Positions 1 to 11,296 of a stretch of DNA of 20,000 nt are shown here, piece after piece; position 1 is the first letter of the stretch, and every line of letters begins with the position of its first letter. Made by a program: the position numbers and the translations under genes. This stretch comes from Seison nebaliae (Eukaryota), in contig JALJEE010000635.1 of assembly GCA_023231475.1 (NCBI GenBank), positions 58,464 through 78,463 of the forward strand, given 5' to 3'. The notes under the pieces were generated by a model, which ran no database searches, had not been told where the DNA came from, and worked only from the letters and a program-made list of their open reading frames with translations.

Positions 1-35
1 AAAAATTTGAAAAAATATCGAATGAATTTTCAAAC

Positions 36-1324
36 GTTTTTAGCGAATGTCAATACGTCTTGTAACAATTCTTTCATTGTCAACGTGTTCGCCACTTGTT
101 GGAATGAGTAGGCGGCGATGATACTGTCATGTTTCTGATTATCGACACAAGTTGATGGTAAGAAATAATATGAAGCGAAATCCGTTATTTTTCCATCATT
201 ATCCTTAATTCATTATATAATTAATTAAAATAAATTAATAAAAATATATACTTTGAGAACATAAGAATGAATGACATCTTTGATGGGGAGGAACCAATGT
301 TCGATTTCTTCCTCCGTATAAATGGCGGCAAGATTCATTTCTTTTAATTTCTGAAAAGAAAAATGGGAATTGTAAATAATAATGTGTATAAGAAAAGAAA
401 TAGTTTGTGGAAACGTTGTTCATCAATATCTTTACTTCTTCCACTTCTTTCTTCTCGAATTTGGACCAATTGTGTTTCGGTTCCTATTCCGACGATTGAA
501 ATTTCGAATAAATATAATGAGAACTTCGGGCAATTTATGGAGACGAATGTGTTGACTCATCGATAGATTAGGACGAACGAACGAAAATTTCACCTCGATC
601 AATTTCTTCGGATTAATACTTCGATGCCAATAACTAGAAATGGTGACGATGATGGAAATGATAAATGAAGAATGTGAAATGAACGTGCATTTACTGACTG
701 GCGTCGGGAGGACAACTCCAGCAGTGTAGACACTATGGAAGATACCGGCGATATTTAATCGTCTAGTAATCTCTCGAATTAGAACTGGAACAAGTCGCAT
801 TTTCCTTAGTGCTTTGTGCACACAAAGATAATTAATTTCGCTGCTATGCAATTCGTCATTATATACTCGAATTTTCGCCGGAATTCCCGTTATGACACCC
901 ACCAATTTATCACCTTCTTTACGACGAACGGCCAAATGCCATTTCTTACTCCATCCTGGTGGTGTTAATGACCATCGAAGGAAATTTTTCGAATATCGAA
1001 ATCGGAATAATGATTCATGATCTTCCACATAATGATCCGCCAACAATTCGTAGAGATCATTCATCTCCTTCTCATTATACACGTCCAATTCAGCCCATTG
1101 GTAAGTGGGCGGGAGGGGGAGTGGAGTGGAGCGCACATCTTTCTCCCCCTCAATACTTTCACCTTCGATCTTCACATTTTTCAATTCATCGCTGGTCTGC
1201 GGAACAGGTTGTGTCGACCAGAAGCGCCAATCATTTGTCCTGCAAAACGACAAGAGAGAATCTCTCCAGTAATTCCTTCAAATGAACAGAGAGAAGAATG
1301 TGGTAACGATTTATCATTCGACAT
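36..1324 (-). CDS. NMT: Glycylpeptide N-tetradecanoyltransferase (N-myristoyltransferase), 3'-partial. Exons 1324-1308, 1239-685, 633-525, 483-415, 350-252, 203-36; the gene continues beyond base 1
   Basis: Spliced translation has NMT motifs FWSTQPV, YVED..FRFRYS, EINYLCVHK.LR.MRLVPVLIREITRR, YTAGVVLPTP, YWHRSINPKKL, EEEIEHWFLP and ITDFASYYFLPS. GT-AG introns of 68, 51, 41, 64 and 48 nt all keep the frame. The short first exon (MSNDKS) is the least certain part. Confidence 0.96.
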
Positions 1325-2240
1325 ATCTCGATCGATCTGTGGCTAATCGTTGTTAGTGAAATGTTCAGAAAAGCATCAAATTTTGTGAAAGCAAGCCAAA
1401 TTATTGATTGAGAACTAAATTGAAATTTTTCTTCGTTCACTTCTTTTATGGTCGAATGCTGTTGTCATTGAAGCAGAACATGATCGGCCCAACTCCTTCA
1501 AAATCTCGTCTTTCCTCTACCATTTTATGACTTTGTAGAATTTATTTCATTTCCTCACCAAAACTCTCCCTCCTACAACCGTTAAATACATTCCTTATCA
1601 TTATTAATATATTCCATTTTAATACCATTAATACTGACAATTAATCATCGTCAAATTACTGGTCATTTATTCATTTAATTAAAATTGACGATAATTGATA
1701 CGGATGATGATAATCAAAGTAATAAATATTAATATAAATTAAAAAATACAAAAAATTCGTTATTTTAGACAATTAGTAAATTTTCAATCTGTTAAGTTCC
1801 TATTTTCCATCCATCACTTTACAATACGGAACGTTTGTGAAAAACTAAAAAAAAAAACAATTTCGATATCATAAATTAGAATTAACTAAAAGAAATTCGA
1901 TATTTTAATATCTCAATTTTTCTCTTAAGACTTTAGGGAGAATATTTGGATGGAAATTCTTATTTTCTTCTTTTTCATTAAGTCGATAATTTGATGGAAC
2001 TAAAAAAATTGAGAATTAAATTTAAACTGATGAAAATAGAATGAATTATAAATTTGAAAATTCGATTAATATTTAATTATAGTGGAATATTATAATTAAT
2101 GTCATAATATTATTATATAAAAAGGATTATGCGAACGTTTCTTCGAATGGAAAAGGATATGAATCGAATGAATTTATTTTAGTTTCAATTTCCTATTTAA
2201 ATTCAAAATGGCAACGCGAACCACTATATTATGGTAGATT

Positions 2241-3580
2241 ATGATAAGAAGAATCATGTGGTATTATCGATTAGGAGATAAGCCTAACAACGCCATTGTC
2301 CATCTATTCGTCATAATTTTATTACTGCTCATAATGTTTTTGTGTTATTTGGAGGATGTACAATTGACCGAATCCTCTCAATTCCACTTGAACAGTCCAA
2401 TGGTCTTCCCTTACTATTATCAAGCGGAAACTATAAATAGAATGAAAGCAGAGAACATGAAGAAATGGAAGGACGTTCGGGAGACATTGAAATATTTGAT
2501 TCCTTCAATGAACGATTTTTGCTCATCTGAAAACATCACTAATCCAAAGACCACCATCGAGAAATTGTGGATGGATTTGGTGAGAAATAAAACATTTCGT
2601 TTCTTATCGAAACACGAATGGGAAACGATTTTCCTAAAAATTGCTGAACATGAAATTTATCCAACCAACGTCTTCTTAAGAGAAGGTTTCTTATTAAATT
2701 TGAAAAGTGAATTGAGAATGGGAGACCGGAAATTTAGAAGGATTTATTTCTGGTTAGACAATTTAATTTTTGAAAAACACATGTCAATCAAATGTACCTT
2801 CATATGGTTAATACGACTCAATTACTTGTCTTTTATCGCACCAAATGAATTCTCCGTCAAAATCATAGTTCATTTTCGTAATTTTTTCACTTCCTCTATA
2901 TCTGATAACAGATTCCGGTTTTTTCGAAAACGAACGTTCTCAATAATTATTTCATACTTCATCGATACGAAACGTCGAAAGAAATTGGACGATTTACTGA
3001 GAAGAAATTGAGGATTAATTCGTTGAAGAGGCCGAAAGTTTTCTTGGTGAATCTCCGACAAAATTTCACGTCGTCACTCCCGAAAGATTTTGGATATCCA
3101 ATTTTTTATTTGGAAAAATATTTCAATGAGAATGAACGAAAATTAAATTTCGCTACCAAAATCATTTTGTTCCTCAACAAAATCGTTCATACTTACGATC
3201 TCGTTCTCTTCACCAATACAATAAATGTCACTAAACCATTTTACGAGAGAGACGGAACGATGAAGGACATGTTCAGTGGAATTTATTTCGTTTATGGGAA
3301 CAGAAACGTGGGAAATTTTGATGTGGAAATGGCGAAATGTTTACCACAATTCTCCTATTTATTCAAAACCTATCGATACTCTTATCATGAAATCCATCAT
3401 ATATTCATGAAAGACAATTTGCTACTTCGACTAATTATGAGAATAACAGCGTCCTTTCTATTCAGTAGTCCATGTGGCACAGTCGGTAAATTATGCAATG
3501 AGAAGAAGGTGTGTCTACCATTCGAATTGATGACTTTGGATGTTGTTACTCAATTCTTCAAATTTAATAATTTAAATTAA
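2241..3580 (+). CDS. Hypothetical ~431-aa type II membrane protein; exons 2241-2867 and 2912-3580
   Basis: A 44-nt phase-0 intron (GTTCAT...TAACAG, 2868-2911) joins ORFs 2241..3011 and 3008..3580 in frame. There is one N-terminal hydrophobic anchor (AIVHLFVIILLLLIMFLCYL). No family recognised with confidence. Confidence 0.75.
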
Positions 3581-3956
3581 AATTAATAAATTAAATTATT
3601 TAATAATAAATAATAATATTAATTAAATTAAATAATTTAAATTCATTTTCTTCCATTCCCACATTATTTTTCTTTCATTACTTCTATCTCACTTCCATTA
3701 TTTACGCATAAGTCAATTTCCATCAAAATATCATTGAATGTCGTTGAATGAAACAATATTGAAAAGTTATTTGAAAAGATGTCATGAGAATCGTTTATCG
3801 TTTATTTTTAACAAATAAATGATGATGATTTATGTCTCATCCAGTTTATGTGAGAAAAAGATTGAAAAGATGATATGTGTGATGGTTTTCAGAGAAGTCA
3901 GAATACTAATATCGGTGTTTATAAAACCATTAATTTTCGAGACGATATTGGCAAGA

Positions 3957-4843
3957 ATGATAAAGATAAAGCATTTATTTTTCCATTTTATTTTTTTGGT
4001 ATTAGTTTCTAATTCCGTTTTTGATTATGATCTACTTATAATTAGTGGGAGAGGAACGGAAATGTGTTTAATGCTTCAATGTGCCAAACCGAATGTAGAA
4101 AGAGTACTTTTCTGTCAACAGCAATAGTGAAATTTATTATTTTTTCGTGAAAAATCTTCTACAACCTCTTTCCATTCAGTGGTCCAACTATTCATTATTG
4201 TGCCGAACAGGAAGTTCCACATTATTTTATTGAAATATTTTTACGTTTATAAGTAGATTATCGATATGTTTTCACCGACTCATTATACCATAAACTGCGA
4301 TTTGCGTTCAAATAATTCGGAGACTCCAATTCAAGTTGTCAGATATAAATATGCTCAATGTTCGTTTTCTTTTGTTATCAATAAACATCAACGAATCGAC
4401 AGCGGTCAGAGGTGTGATTTCCAGTTTGGAACATGCACAAAATTATGACACGATTTGTTTATTAGTGCTCTTTATTGTTGGACCGCATGTGTATTATATG
4501 AACGGCGAAGACGATTATTATTTCTTTCCAAAAAATGTTAAATATTTCTCCGGAGATTTTAGATATTTGAAATTTTTCTCTTAGACATCGGTTGATTTAG
4601 GTTATAACATGGCCGATTTCAAGGTAACGACTACTACCACCAGTACAACAACAACTACCACAACAACGACAACAACGATAACTACAACTACGACTACTAC
4701 GACAACAACGACAACTACAACTACGACTACTACTACAACTACAACGACGACAGCACCGACAATTCCCGTAACAACCACTTATTCTACCGCAATTCCCAAG
4801 TTCGTTTTTAATTTACATTTTTTTTTGGTTTAGACAAACATGA
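3957..4843 (+). CDS. Secreted or membrane mucin-like protein, 5' part: signal peptide, Cys-containing domain, poly-Thr tract. Exons 3957-4126, 4180-4213, 4257-4359, 4403-4536, 4585-4799, then either 4834-4843 (stop) or splicing to 5827
   Basis: Hydrophobic N-terminus (HLFFHFIFLVLVS). Four GT-AG introns of 53, 43, 43 and 48 nt give one continuous frame into about 40 Thr codons. The 3' end is ambiguous. Confidence 0.7.
4627..4750 (+). repeat. ACN (Thr) codon repeat, coding low-complexity tract
   Basis: Run of mixed ACA/ACT/ACG/ACC triplets. Synonymous third-position variation fits a protein-level repeat. Confidence 0.95.
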
Positions 4844-5510
4844 CAAATTTGTTTTTATCATTGTCCTTATGATTGTTACGGTATGTACATTACAATTGGA
4901 ATCGATTAATGTCCGTTGTATCATGAGAACTATCATAAAATTCTGATCTGAATATTTTCATTAACATATCCTGATAAGTTTTCTGCTTTATTTTAAAGAC
5001 TTGAATATAATACATTAAGAGGAAAACTTTCCATTTTGTGGAAACATTCCGTACAGGCTCATGTTCTTTCATAATCTTTATCTTTTTAATATTAATGTTT
5101 TAATATTCAAATTGTAAATTCATTTTCGATATTATTATTAACAATAATATTTCCAACATTCTAATGCATCTCTTGTTGGAGATTCTTGAAATTCTTGAAA
5201 TTGTTTTATTCTTCCTCAATATTATTAAACAGTTCTCCACCGGTCTTCAAAACCGTGTGGTCGTTATAAAATTTTCGTATGAATATTCTCCAAATATTTC
5301 TCACTGCTTATAATTCGCGTATAGCTAAAATTATTAATTGTTTCATCCTGTGTATGGAATAAAAATTTAGTTTTCGGTTGAAAATAATAGGTTCAACTTT
5401 TTTATCCATCAATACGATTTCCGAAAATTTCTCTTACGTATGTAGTAAGTGAGAATGAAAAGTATATTTCATGAATATCACCAAACGACACAAAGAGCCC
5501 TATAAGAAAT

Positions 5511-5621
5511 GACCTCCTATAATAATGGCTAATCATATGTGATTAGTAGGAGGAAGGTCCCTAAAGAGGAATCCATGTGAATAACACGCATCGTATGATA
5601 ACGATTAGTGTTATCACATTG
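5511..5621. ncRNA. Candidate double-hairpin small RNA (H/ACA-like)
   Basis: Hairpin 1: CCTCCTA 5513-19 / TAGGAGG 5547-53 and CTAATCA 5529-35 / TGATTAG 5540-46. Hinge: AGAGGA (ANANNA) 5565-70. Hairpin 2: ATAACAC 5581-87 / GTGTTAT 5608-14 and ATCGT 5590-94 / ACGAT 5601-05. ACA at 5616-18. No target identified. Confidence 0.3.
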
Positions 5622-5826
5622 ATCGACGAACTGCTAACTTATAAATAGGAAACCTATTTCTAAGATATTGTGTCTATTTTCTCCTTCTTAAATCATTCCA
5701 TACCAAATAAAGAATTTCTCATTGAAATGGTTTCCTACTTAGCGCACTGCTAACACGTACAATATTTTAGAACGATTCATGATTCGTTTCAATTTCTCTT
5801 TCCCTTAATATTGCTGGTTGATTTAG

Positions 5827-6950
5827 AACGTTGCCACCAGGTGTAACAACAACAACCACCACCACTACTACAACCACAACTACTACAACCACAACAACCA
5901 CAACGACAACGACTACCACTACCACAACCACAACCACAACAACCACTACCAGTCTAACAACAACAACAACAACACTTATAACAAGAACGATTGATGTGAT
6001 CGATTTGATCAGATTGTTTAAATTATTAGAAGAATAATCGAACATGTTTAATTTACAGTTCTGAATTAGCAGTTAACATGACAACGATCTACTATACGAG
6101 ATTTATTGACCAAGGAGTGCGACCTGAAGTACCGGCCAATAATGAAGAACAACCACCACCCAAAATCGTGAAAACGCTGTTAGTTTAAATGATTTCAGCG
6201 AAATGTTCAATTATCATAATTTCGAAGGCAAGTCGATGTTGTTTATTCTATATTGGCAGGGCAAACTGATATAATGTTTGAAATAGCTGGATATTTGGAA
6301 GTTGCAGTTAAGAAAAAAAAAGAAGAGATTTTAAGCGCAGTTTTCATTAAATAGAGAAATTCTCATTCAATTCTCCCAATAGTTGGAATATGGAATCAAG
6401 CAAGAATTTCATAAAGCTGCAAAGTCGAATATAGTTCGCTCTACGCATTCTAGGACTCTTACTCCACCAGAAAATGGAAAATATCATTATATAATCTCAG
6501 CGAAGGTGAAAGATGTAGATTTTCGGTATCTATTCTCCATCAAACCGGAGCAACCGTTAACTGATAGTTTTGTGATGTATCGTCTCGGTCGTTCAGATTT
6601 CGTTAGGAACTTCGAACTGCAAATATCTGTCCTTCATAAAGTGCACGGTTTGAAATCGTTTAATCAACATGAATTGTCAATTTAACATAGAACCTAGATT
6701 GATTACGGTTATTCTGCCCAAGCGGACTTTGCTGAGTGGTAAGTTCTCGATGGAAACTATACTTTTCCTCGTCTTCTTCATTGCCATTCTATTTCTCATT
6801 TTATGTACATGGCGTCAAAGGAAAAGTTAATTTAAATTATTTATAGATTAGAAATCATTCAATTTATCAGAATGTCGCAAAACGGAATCGGTTTTATCCA
6901 CCTTTTCCACCAAACCTTCAGAACAGTATCCATATAATGAAAAAGTATAA
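5827..6950 (+). CDS. Type I transmembrane mucin-like protein, 3' part: poly-Thr, ~160-aa globular (possibly SEA-like) domain, TM, short tail. Exons 5827-6015, 6059-6178, 6228-6306, 6383-6647, 6691-6825, 6871-6950; a further exon 7041-7166 is possible
   Basis: Five GT-AG introns (43, 49, 76, 43, 45 nt) link ORFs 5831..6037 and 6383..6685 to a clear TM segment (ILFLVFFIAILFLILC) followed by a basic stop-transfer (WRQRKK). The SEA assignment is inference only. Confidence 0.75.
5846..5974 (+). repeat. ACN (Thr) codon repeat, second tract
   Basis: About 40 ACA/ACC/ACT/ACG triplets in frame with exon 5827-6015. Confidence 0.95.
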
Positions 6951-8034
6951 ATTTCTATATAAATAAAGTAATCTTATTTGACTAAAAATGGAAATAATTT
7001 CTTCATATTTTCTACATTGATGGTCATGTAAATCCTCTAGCAATCCGCAAGTTTTTTTAAAAATCAATTTCGTTTAACAAAAACGATGATGTTGAAATCC
7101 TCGGGCATGAACGGACGCTCACATCGCCTACAACAGTCCGTACAAACACATTGTAAGTTTTATTAGTTGAAGTATCATTAGTCTGAAATGTTCTAAATTA
7201 CAAAATTTTAATGTTTTTCCTTCCTTTTTTCAACCTGCAAAATCTCAATTAGAACTACCAAAAATTTTTTCAGATTATTTCCTAAATCTTTCTTTCCGTT
7301 CAAACTAAAAGAGAAATACATTTGCTATTAATTCCTTTATACTTGATGTTAATGTGGCTTTTAAAAGAATGTTTCCTTGGAAAGTGTTGCGAAACATTTT
7401 AATGTTTCTAGTGATATTCACTGAAATAGAATGCCACAAAATAAACAAACTTCTTTCGTTCCTTTATAATGCTAGGACATTTTCAAGATCAGAATCTCAA
7501 ATGGAAATCTTGAATTTTTCCTCAATAAAAATCTTTTCCACATTCTCAACATCAAAATTTCGAATTCAAAATGTTCGATCATTTTTGAAACTTCTTAGAA
7601 TTTTTTAAAATCCGTTGGAAAATCAAAATATTCAAAATATCAGGATCAAAACATTATGTCGAAATTATAAAACAGAAAATGGAATACCAATTTGAGAAAT
7701 TTTTCAATAATTTTATTGTTAATTGTTTGTACTTAATAAGTTTCGATTGAATATCGATGTGGTGATACATAATCAATATGAAATATAAACAAGTTTTTTT
7801 CACAATTTTCACTAGAAATTGATTGTTTAATGATAGAATAGAGTAACGGGTAATTGTTGATGGATTATTAATTTTAAAATTGGAATAAAGAAGATTATTC
7901 TTTAGAAAAAAACATTATTAAAAGAAGTTTTCCTATAGTAGAATGTTTAATGTTTTAGAGAGTAAAAAAATAATTTCTAGTAGAATTCCCATTAAACGAT
8001 ATCTTCCTGATGATTTGAGGGTAAGTGAACGGAT

Positions 8035-10611
8035 TTAGAATATAGATGTTTGATCGAAGATATCATCACTGCGACGAGGTTCGACATATCTTCTGAAAAT
8101 TTCTCTTAATTCATTTCGATTATCTCTAGTTAATCCTGGTTGGAAGTAATTGAAACTTCGGAAACGTTTCTTCATGAAATATCGGGGGAATTTCTCGATT
8201 AGAGATCGAAATCCGTTAAGTGTGATGAGATTAAAATCGATATCTAATTGTTTTAGTTTAGCTCCTTCGTAATTGTGTTCGTCAGATTGGATAGTGGATT
8301 TGAAGAGATTACCGATAAGTAAATTAATTCCTTCATCGCCGATCATATTTTCGGCGAGCGACAATTCCGTCAGATTTGATAAGGATTGGAAAGCAGTGGC
8401 AATTTCTTGGAGGAAGGTTGCATGAAATCCTAATTCAATAGCTGATATATCAAGTCGTGTCAATTTGTTAGTACTGATGAAATTGGCGATTAATGATCTG
8501 GCATTTTCGTTATGACAAAATAATCGTCTCAAGCTCAACTTTTTCAAATTATGACAATTATTTAATGCCACTATAATTGGCGTGGTTTCAATTCGATTAA
8601 GTCGTTGAGAATAATAATTGAAGGAATCGAGAACTAACTCGGAACATTCGATCTTTTCTAAAATTCGAGCGATATTCTTCACTTCGATATCCGTATCGGC
8701 CGTATTGTGACCCAAGTTCAATATGTCGATGGTGATACAATCGCGAACTTCATCTAAAATTTTCGTCGCTAACGATGATTGTTTGATATCTTCCTCGGAA
8801 ATCTCGTTCCTCATATTCGATGGCGTTCGATCTTTCGGAGAATTGTCATTTCGAACTGTCGACGATTTTTTCGGTAATGTCTCTTTAGACGACGACAACG
8901 ATCGTTGGAGATCATTTTGTACGAATTCGATACTCGTCGAATTCGTTTCATTTTCATAAATATTTTGAATTGAAGTGTCTTCGGTAGTGGCTCGTGAAAC
9001 GGGATAACCGTTAAAATGTCTCATATGCAAATAATCGGAATGACGACCACAATGAGCATATTCGATAACTAATTTCTTTAATTTCTTCCGATCCGTCACC
9101 GGTTGATGAATAGCGACACAAAGTAGCAAATCCAACGTCCTCCAAAATCTCAGACCACTCAACTCAATAATTTCTATGGTCGGTCTGGCGAGTAGAGAGA
9201 GTAAACAATTTTCTAAACGACGATTCATCGTCACGTGAGTTATATGAACTTCTTTCAAGAAGGAATTGAAGAAAAGATAATTCTCCAAAGCTCGACGTTC
9301 CGACGCTTTGTTCAATTCGATTGTATCGAAATAAATATGTTCGATAGGACATTGTATCGGCAATTTTAAGAGTTTGTCCTTATTATGTTGTTCGAGAACT
9401 TCGCTGTCTGGTGAACTTGATGGCCATTTGAACGGATTCGTTAAAATTCCGTTTGATGATATCGGTTCACTAACCAGATTCGTACTCGTCACTGTTGACG
9501 TGATATGATCTTCCGATTTGGATTCGGTCAATTCGATGATACTTTTCGTCTCCAGTTTCCTCTCGTCCTTTCCTAAATACGAGGGATTTACAGGTGTCTG
9601 CAATTTCGTCTCATTGAGAAACTCTTCATGAATTTGTTGTTTATTCAAATAAAATGGAGATCCTAATAATAATCGATTCTCACTCGCCATCTCTTTCTCC
9701 TCAATGAAATTGTTGTGTAACAAATATTTTTGATGACGACTGAAAAGTGCACGAAGGAAATCGAGGAAATATTTCTCCGATGGCATCATTAATGCCAACC
9801 AGAGATTGTTCAATTTCGTACAATGTTGAAGGAAATAAAGTATGTCCCAAATGGACGACTTGACTGGAGCGTCGTGTAGGACAACACCTTTCAATTGTTG
9901 AATTAACAAATTTTGCAAATGAATATCTGTCCTCAATCGTTTCCAATGAGTATATGCGTCCATTTCAATATCACGAACATATTTAACGTATGAGAGTTCT
10001 TTGAATTCATTAGCTGTCGAATTACCGATCGATCGACCACCAACATTCGGATTGTTAATACTGGCGGAGTCGCTATTTCTCATTCGAACATGACTCGCTG
10101 ATTGAGCGACTTGTAATCTTGCACCGTCGTGATTCTTATGCTCAAATACGATCCGATGATATAATTGCGGTTGAACGATCAAATCACCGATGGGAATATC
10201 CAACAGATTCTGTGTGATTCCCGGTGCCATGCGGACATAAATATTCTTCTGCTCTAAAACCATCACTATGAAAATATGTTCTAGACATTTCTGTCTCCAA
10301 TTGGTCGACTGTGTAGGCGACGACCAGATTCGAGCGAAAGTGATACTATCATTAACTATCCTCCAAATTCTTAAATTACTGTCAAGTAAGGCGGCTAATT
10401 GATTGAGATTTTTCGGAATACTCACAACTCGATCCTCCAATTTCGACAGTTCGATTATCTTCTCAATCTGCTGATCTAATATTTGGAGATTATGAAGATT
10501 CAATCGGAGTACTGCCTTCGACAGAATGTTGATGGGCAATCCATACACTCCCGAAATCTTCTCAAAATTACTATTGATAGTTTCTAACGACAAATCTACT
10601 AATGTTCTCAT
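8035..10611 (-). CDS. LRRC41: LRRC41 (MUF1)-like protein: N-terminal BC-box/cullin-box-like segment and C-terminal RI-type leucine-rich repeats; single coding exon, 858 aa
   Basis: Uninterrupted 2.58-kb ORF. The N-terminus TLVDLSLETI...GVYGLPINILSKAVLRLNL...IWR...NWRQKCLEHIF resembles, from recall, LRRC41 SLFELCGRAV...GVWALPGPILQSILPLLNI...IWR...CWRAKFMEAFF. LRRs include LKKLSL, LTRLDIS, LTELSLAENMIGDEG and LKQLDIDFNLITLNG. Confidence 0.75.
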   Translation of the reverse strand: MRTLVDLSLETINSNFEKISGVYGLPINILSKAVLRLNLHNLQILDQQIEKIIELSKLEDRVVSIPKNLNQLAALLDSNLRIWRIVNDSITFARIWSSPTQSTNWRQKCLEHIFIVMVLEQKNIYVRMAPGITQNLLDIPIGDLIVQPQLYHRIVFEHKNHDGARLQVAQSASHVRMRNSDSASINNPNVGGRSIGNSTANEFKELSYVKYVRDIEMDAYTHWKRLRTDIHLQNLLIQQLKGVVLHDAPVKSSIWDILYFLQHCTKLNNLWLALMMPSEKYFLDFLRALFSRHQKYLLHNNFIEEKEMASENRLLLGSPFYLNKQQIHEEFLNETKLQTPVNPSYLGKDERKLETKSIIELTESKSEDHITSTVTSTNLVSEPISSNGILTNPFKWPSSSPDSEVLEQHNKDKLLKLPIQCPIEHIYFDTIELNKASERRALENYLFFNSFLKEVHITHVTMNRRLENCLLSLLARPTIEIIELSGLRFWRTLDLLLCVAIHQPVTDRKKLKKLVIEYAHCGRHSDYLHMRHFNGYPVSRATTEDTSIQNIYENETNSTSIEFVQNDLQRSLSSSKETLPKKSSTVRNDNSPKDRTPSNMRNEISEEDIKQSSLATKILDEVRDCITIDILNLGHNTADTDIEVKNIARILEKIECSELVLDSFNYYSQRLNRIETTPIIVALNNCHNLKKLSLRRLFCHNENARSLIANFISTNKLTRLDISAIELGFHATFLQEIATAFQSLSNLTELSLAENMIGDEGINLLIGNLFKSTIQSDEHNYEGAKLKQLDIDFNLITLNGFRSLIEKFPRYFMKKRFRSFNYFQPGLTRDNRNELREIFRRYVEPRRSDDIFDQTSIF

Positions 10612-11278
10612 GAATCAACAAAAAACAAATAAAAGACTTACGAAAAAAAGAAACACGAGAAAATACAAAGGCAAAATACGAAAATACTTACAATTATTTC
10701 ACATTCATTTCTTTTTCTCGATCTCCTCCTTCCCACTCATTTCCATTAACTTTTCATCTAAAACCGTCACAATGCATTTGAGTTGATGTGATTCATAATT
10801 CTTAAATATCATAATTAAATTCTAATATAATTTCTTAATCGAACTCTTCCAATCGTGATTATGGGAAATTCTCAAAAAATTACTTTCTACAATTCTTTAA
10901 ATTCAAATTTATCGTAATCTGTTTAATTCCCATCGGTTTCTCCATATCGTTTTTGCGAACTACGTGACCATGGAGTTTTTAATTCCCTTTCACGGACAGT
11001 TGACGAGGTATAAAATGAAAATTGCTGGTGTGGAGAAGGTGCACGCAAATATCCCCATTTGCAAATGGGAGACAAATGAAATAGCAGCGGGATGAAAATG
11101 AAAAATTGCGCTACAATTTAATGTTATCTTAAGATGAGAATATTAATCATGGAATGTTAGTTGGTCTTACTGATATTCTAATTTATGGAGCACATTATTA
11201 ATTTGAAATTATGCCGTTATCTTTCCGTTAGAAAATTGAATTAAATTTAACAGTTAGTTTTTCGGTCCCTTCTGATTG

Positions 11279-11296
11279 TCTCTCTCTCTCTCTCTC
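11279..11296. repeat. (TC)9 microsatellite
   Basis: Directly visible. Confidence 0.9.

Noticed and set aside
959..1346. + strand ORFs overlapping NMT, and the ORFs nested in 8035-10611
   Set aside because: They are antisense or alternative-frame shadows of real coding exons.
4834..4910. Stop-codon reassignment (in-frame TGA followed by a Cys-rich stretch; other TGA coincidences at 16153 and 17745)
   Set aside because: The conserved NMT, LRR and PTP exons have no internal stops and use TGG for Trp, and TGA and TAA terminate genes normally.
5767..6045. Poly-Val ORF on the - strand
   Set aside because: It is the antisense shadow of the poly-Thr exon.
11054..11069. 16-bp palindrome CCCATTTGCAAATGGG
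   Set aside because: One palindrome of this length is not unexpected in 20 kb, and there is no supporting context.
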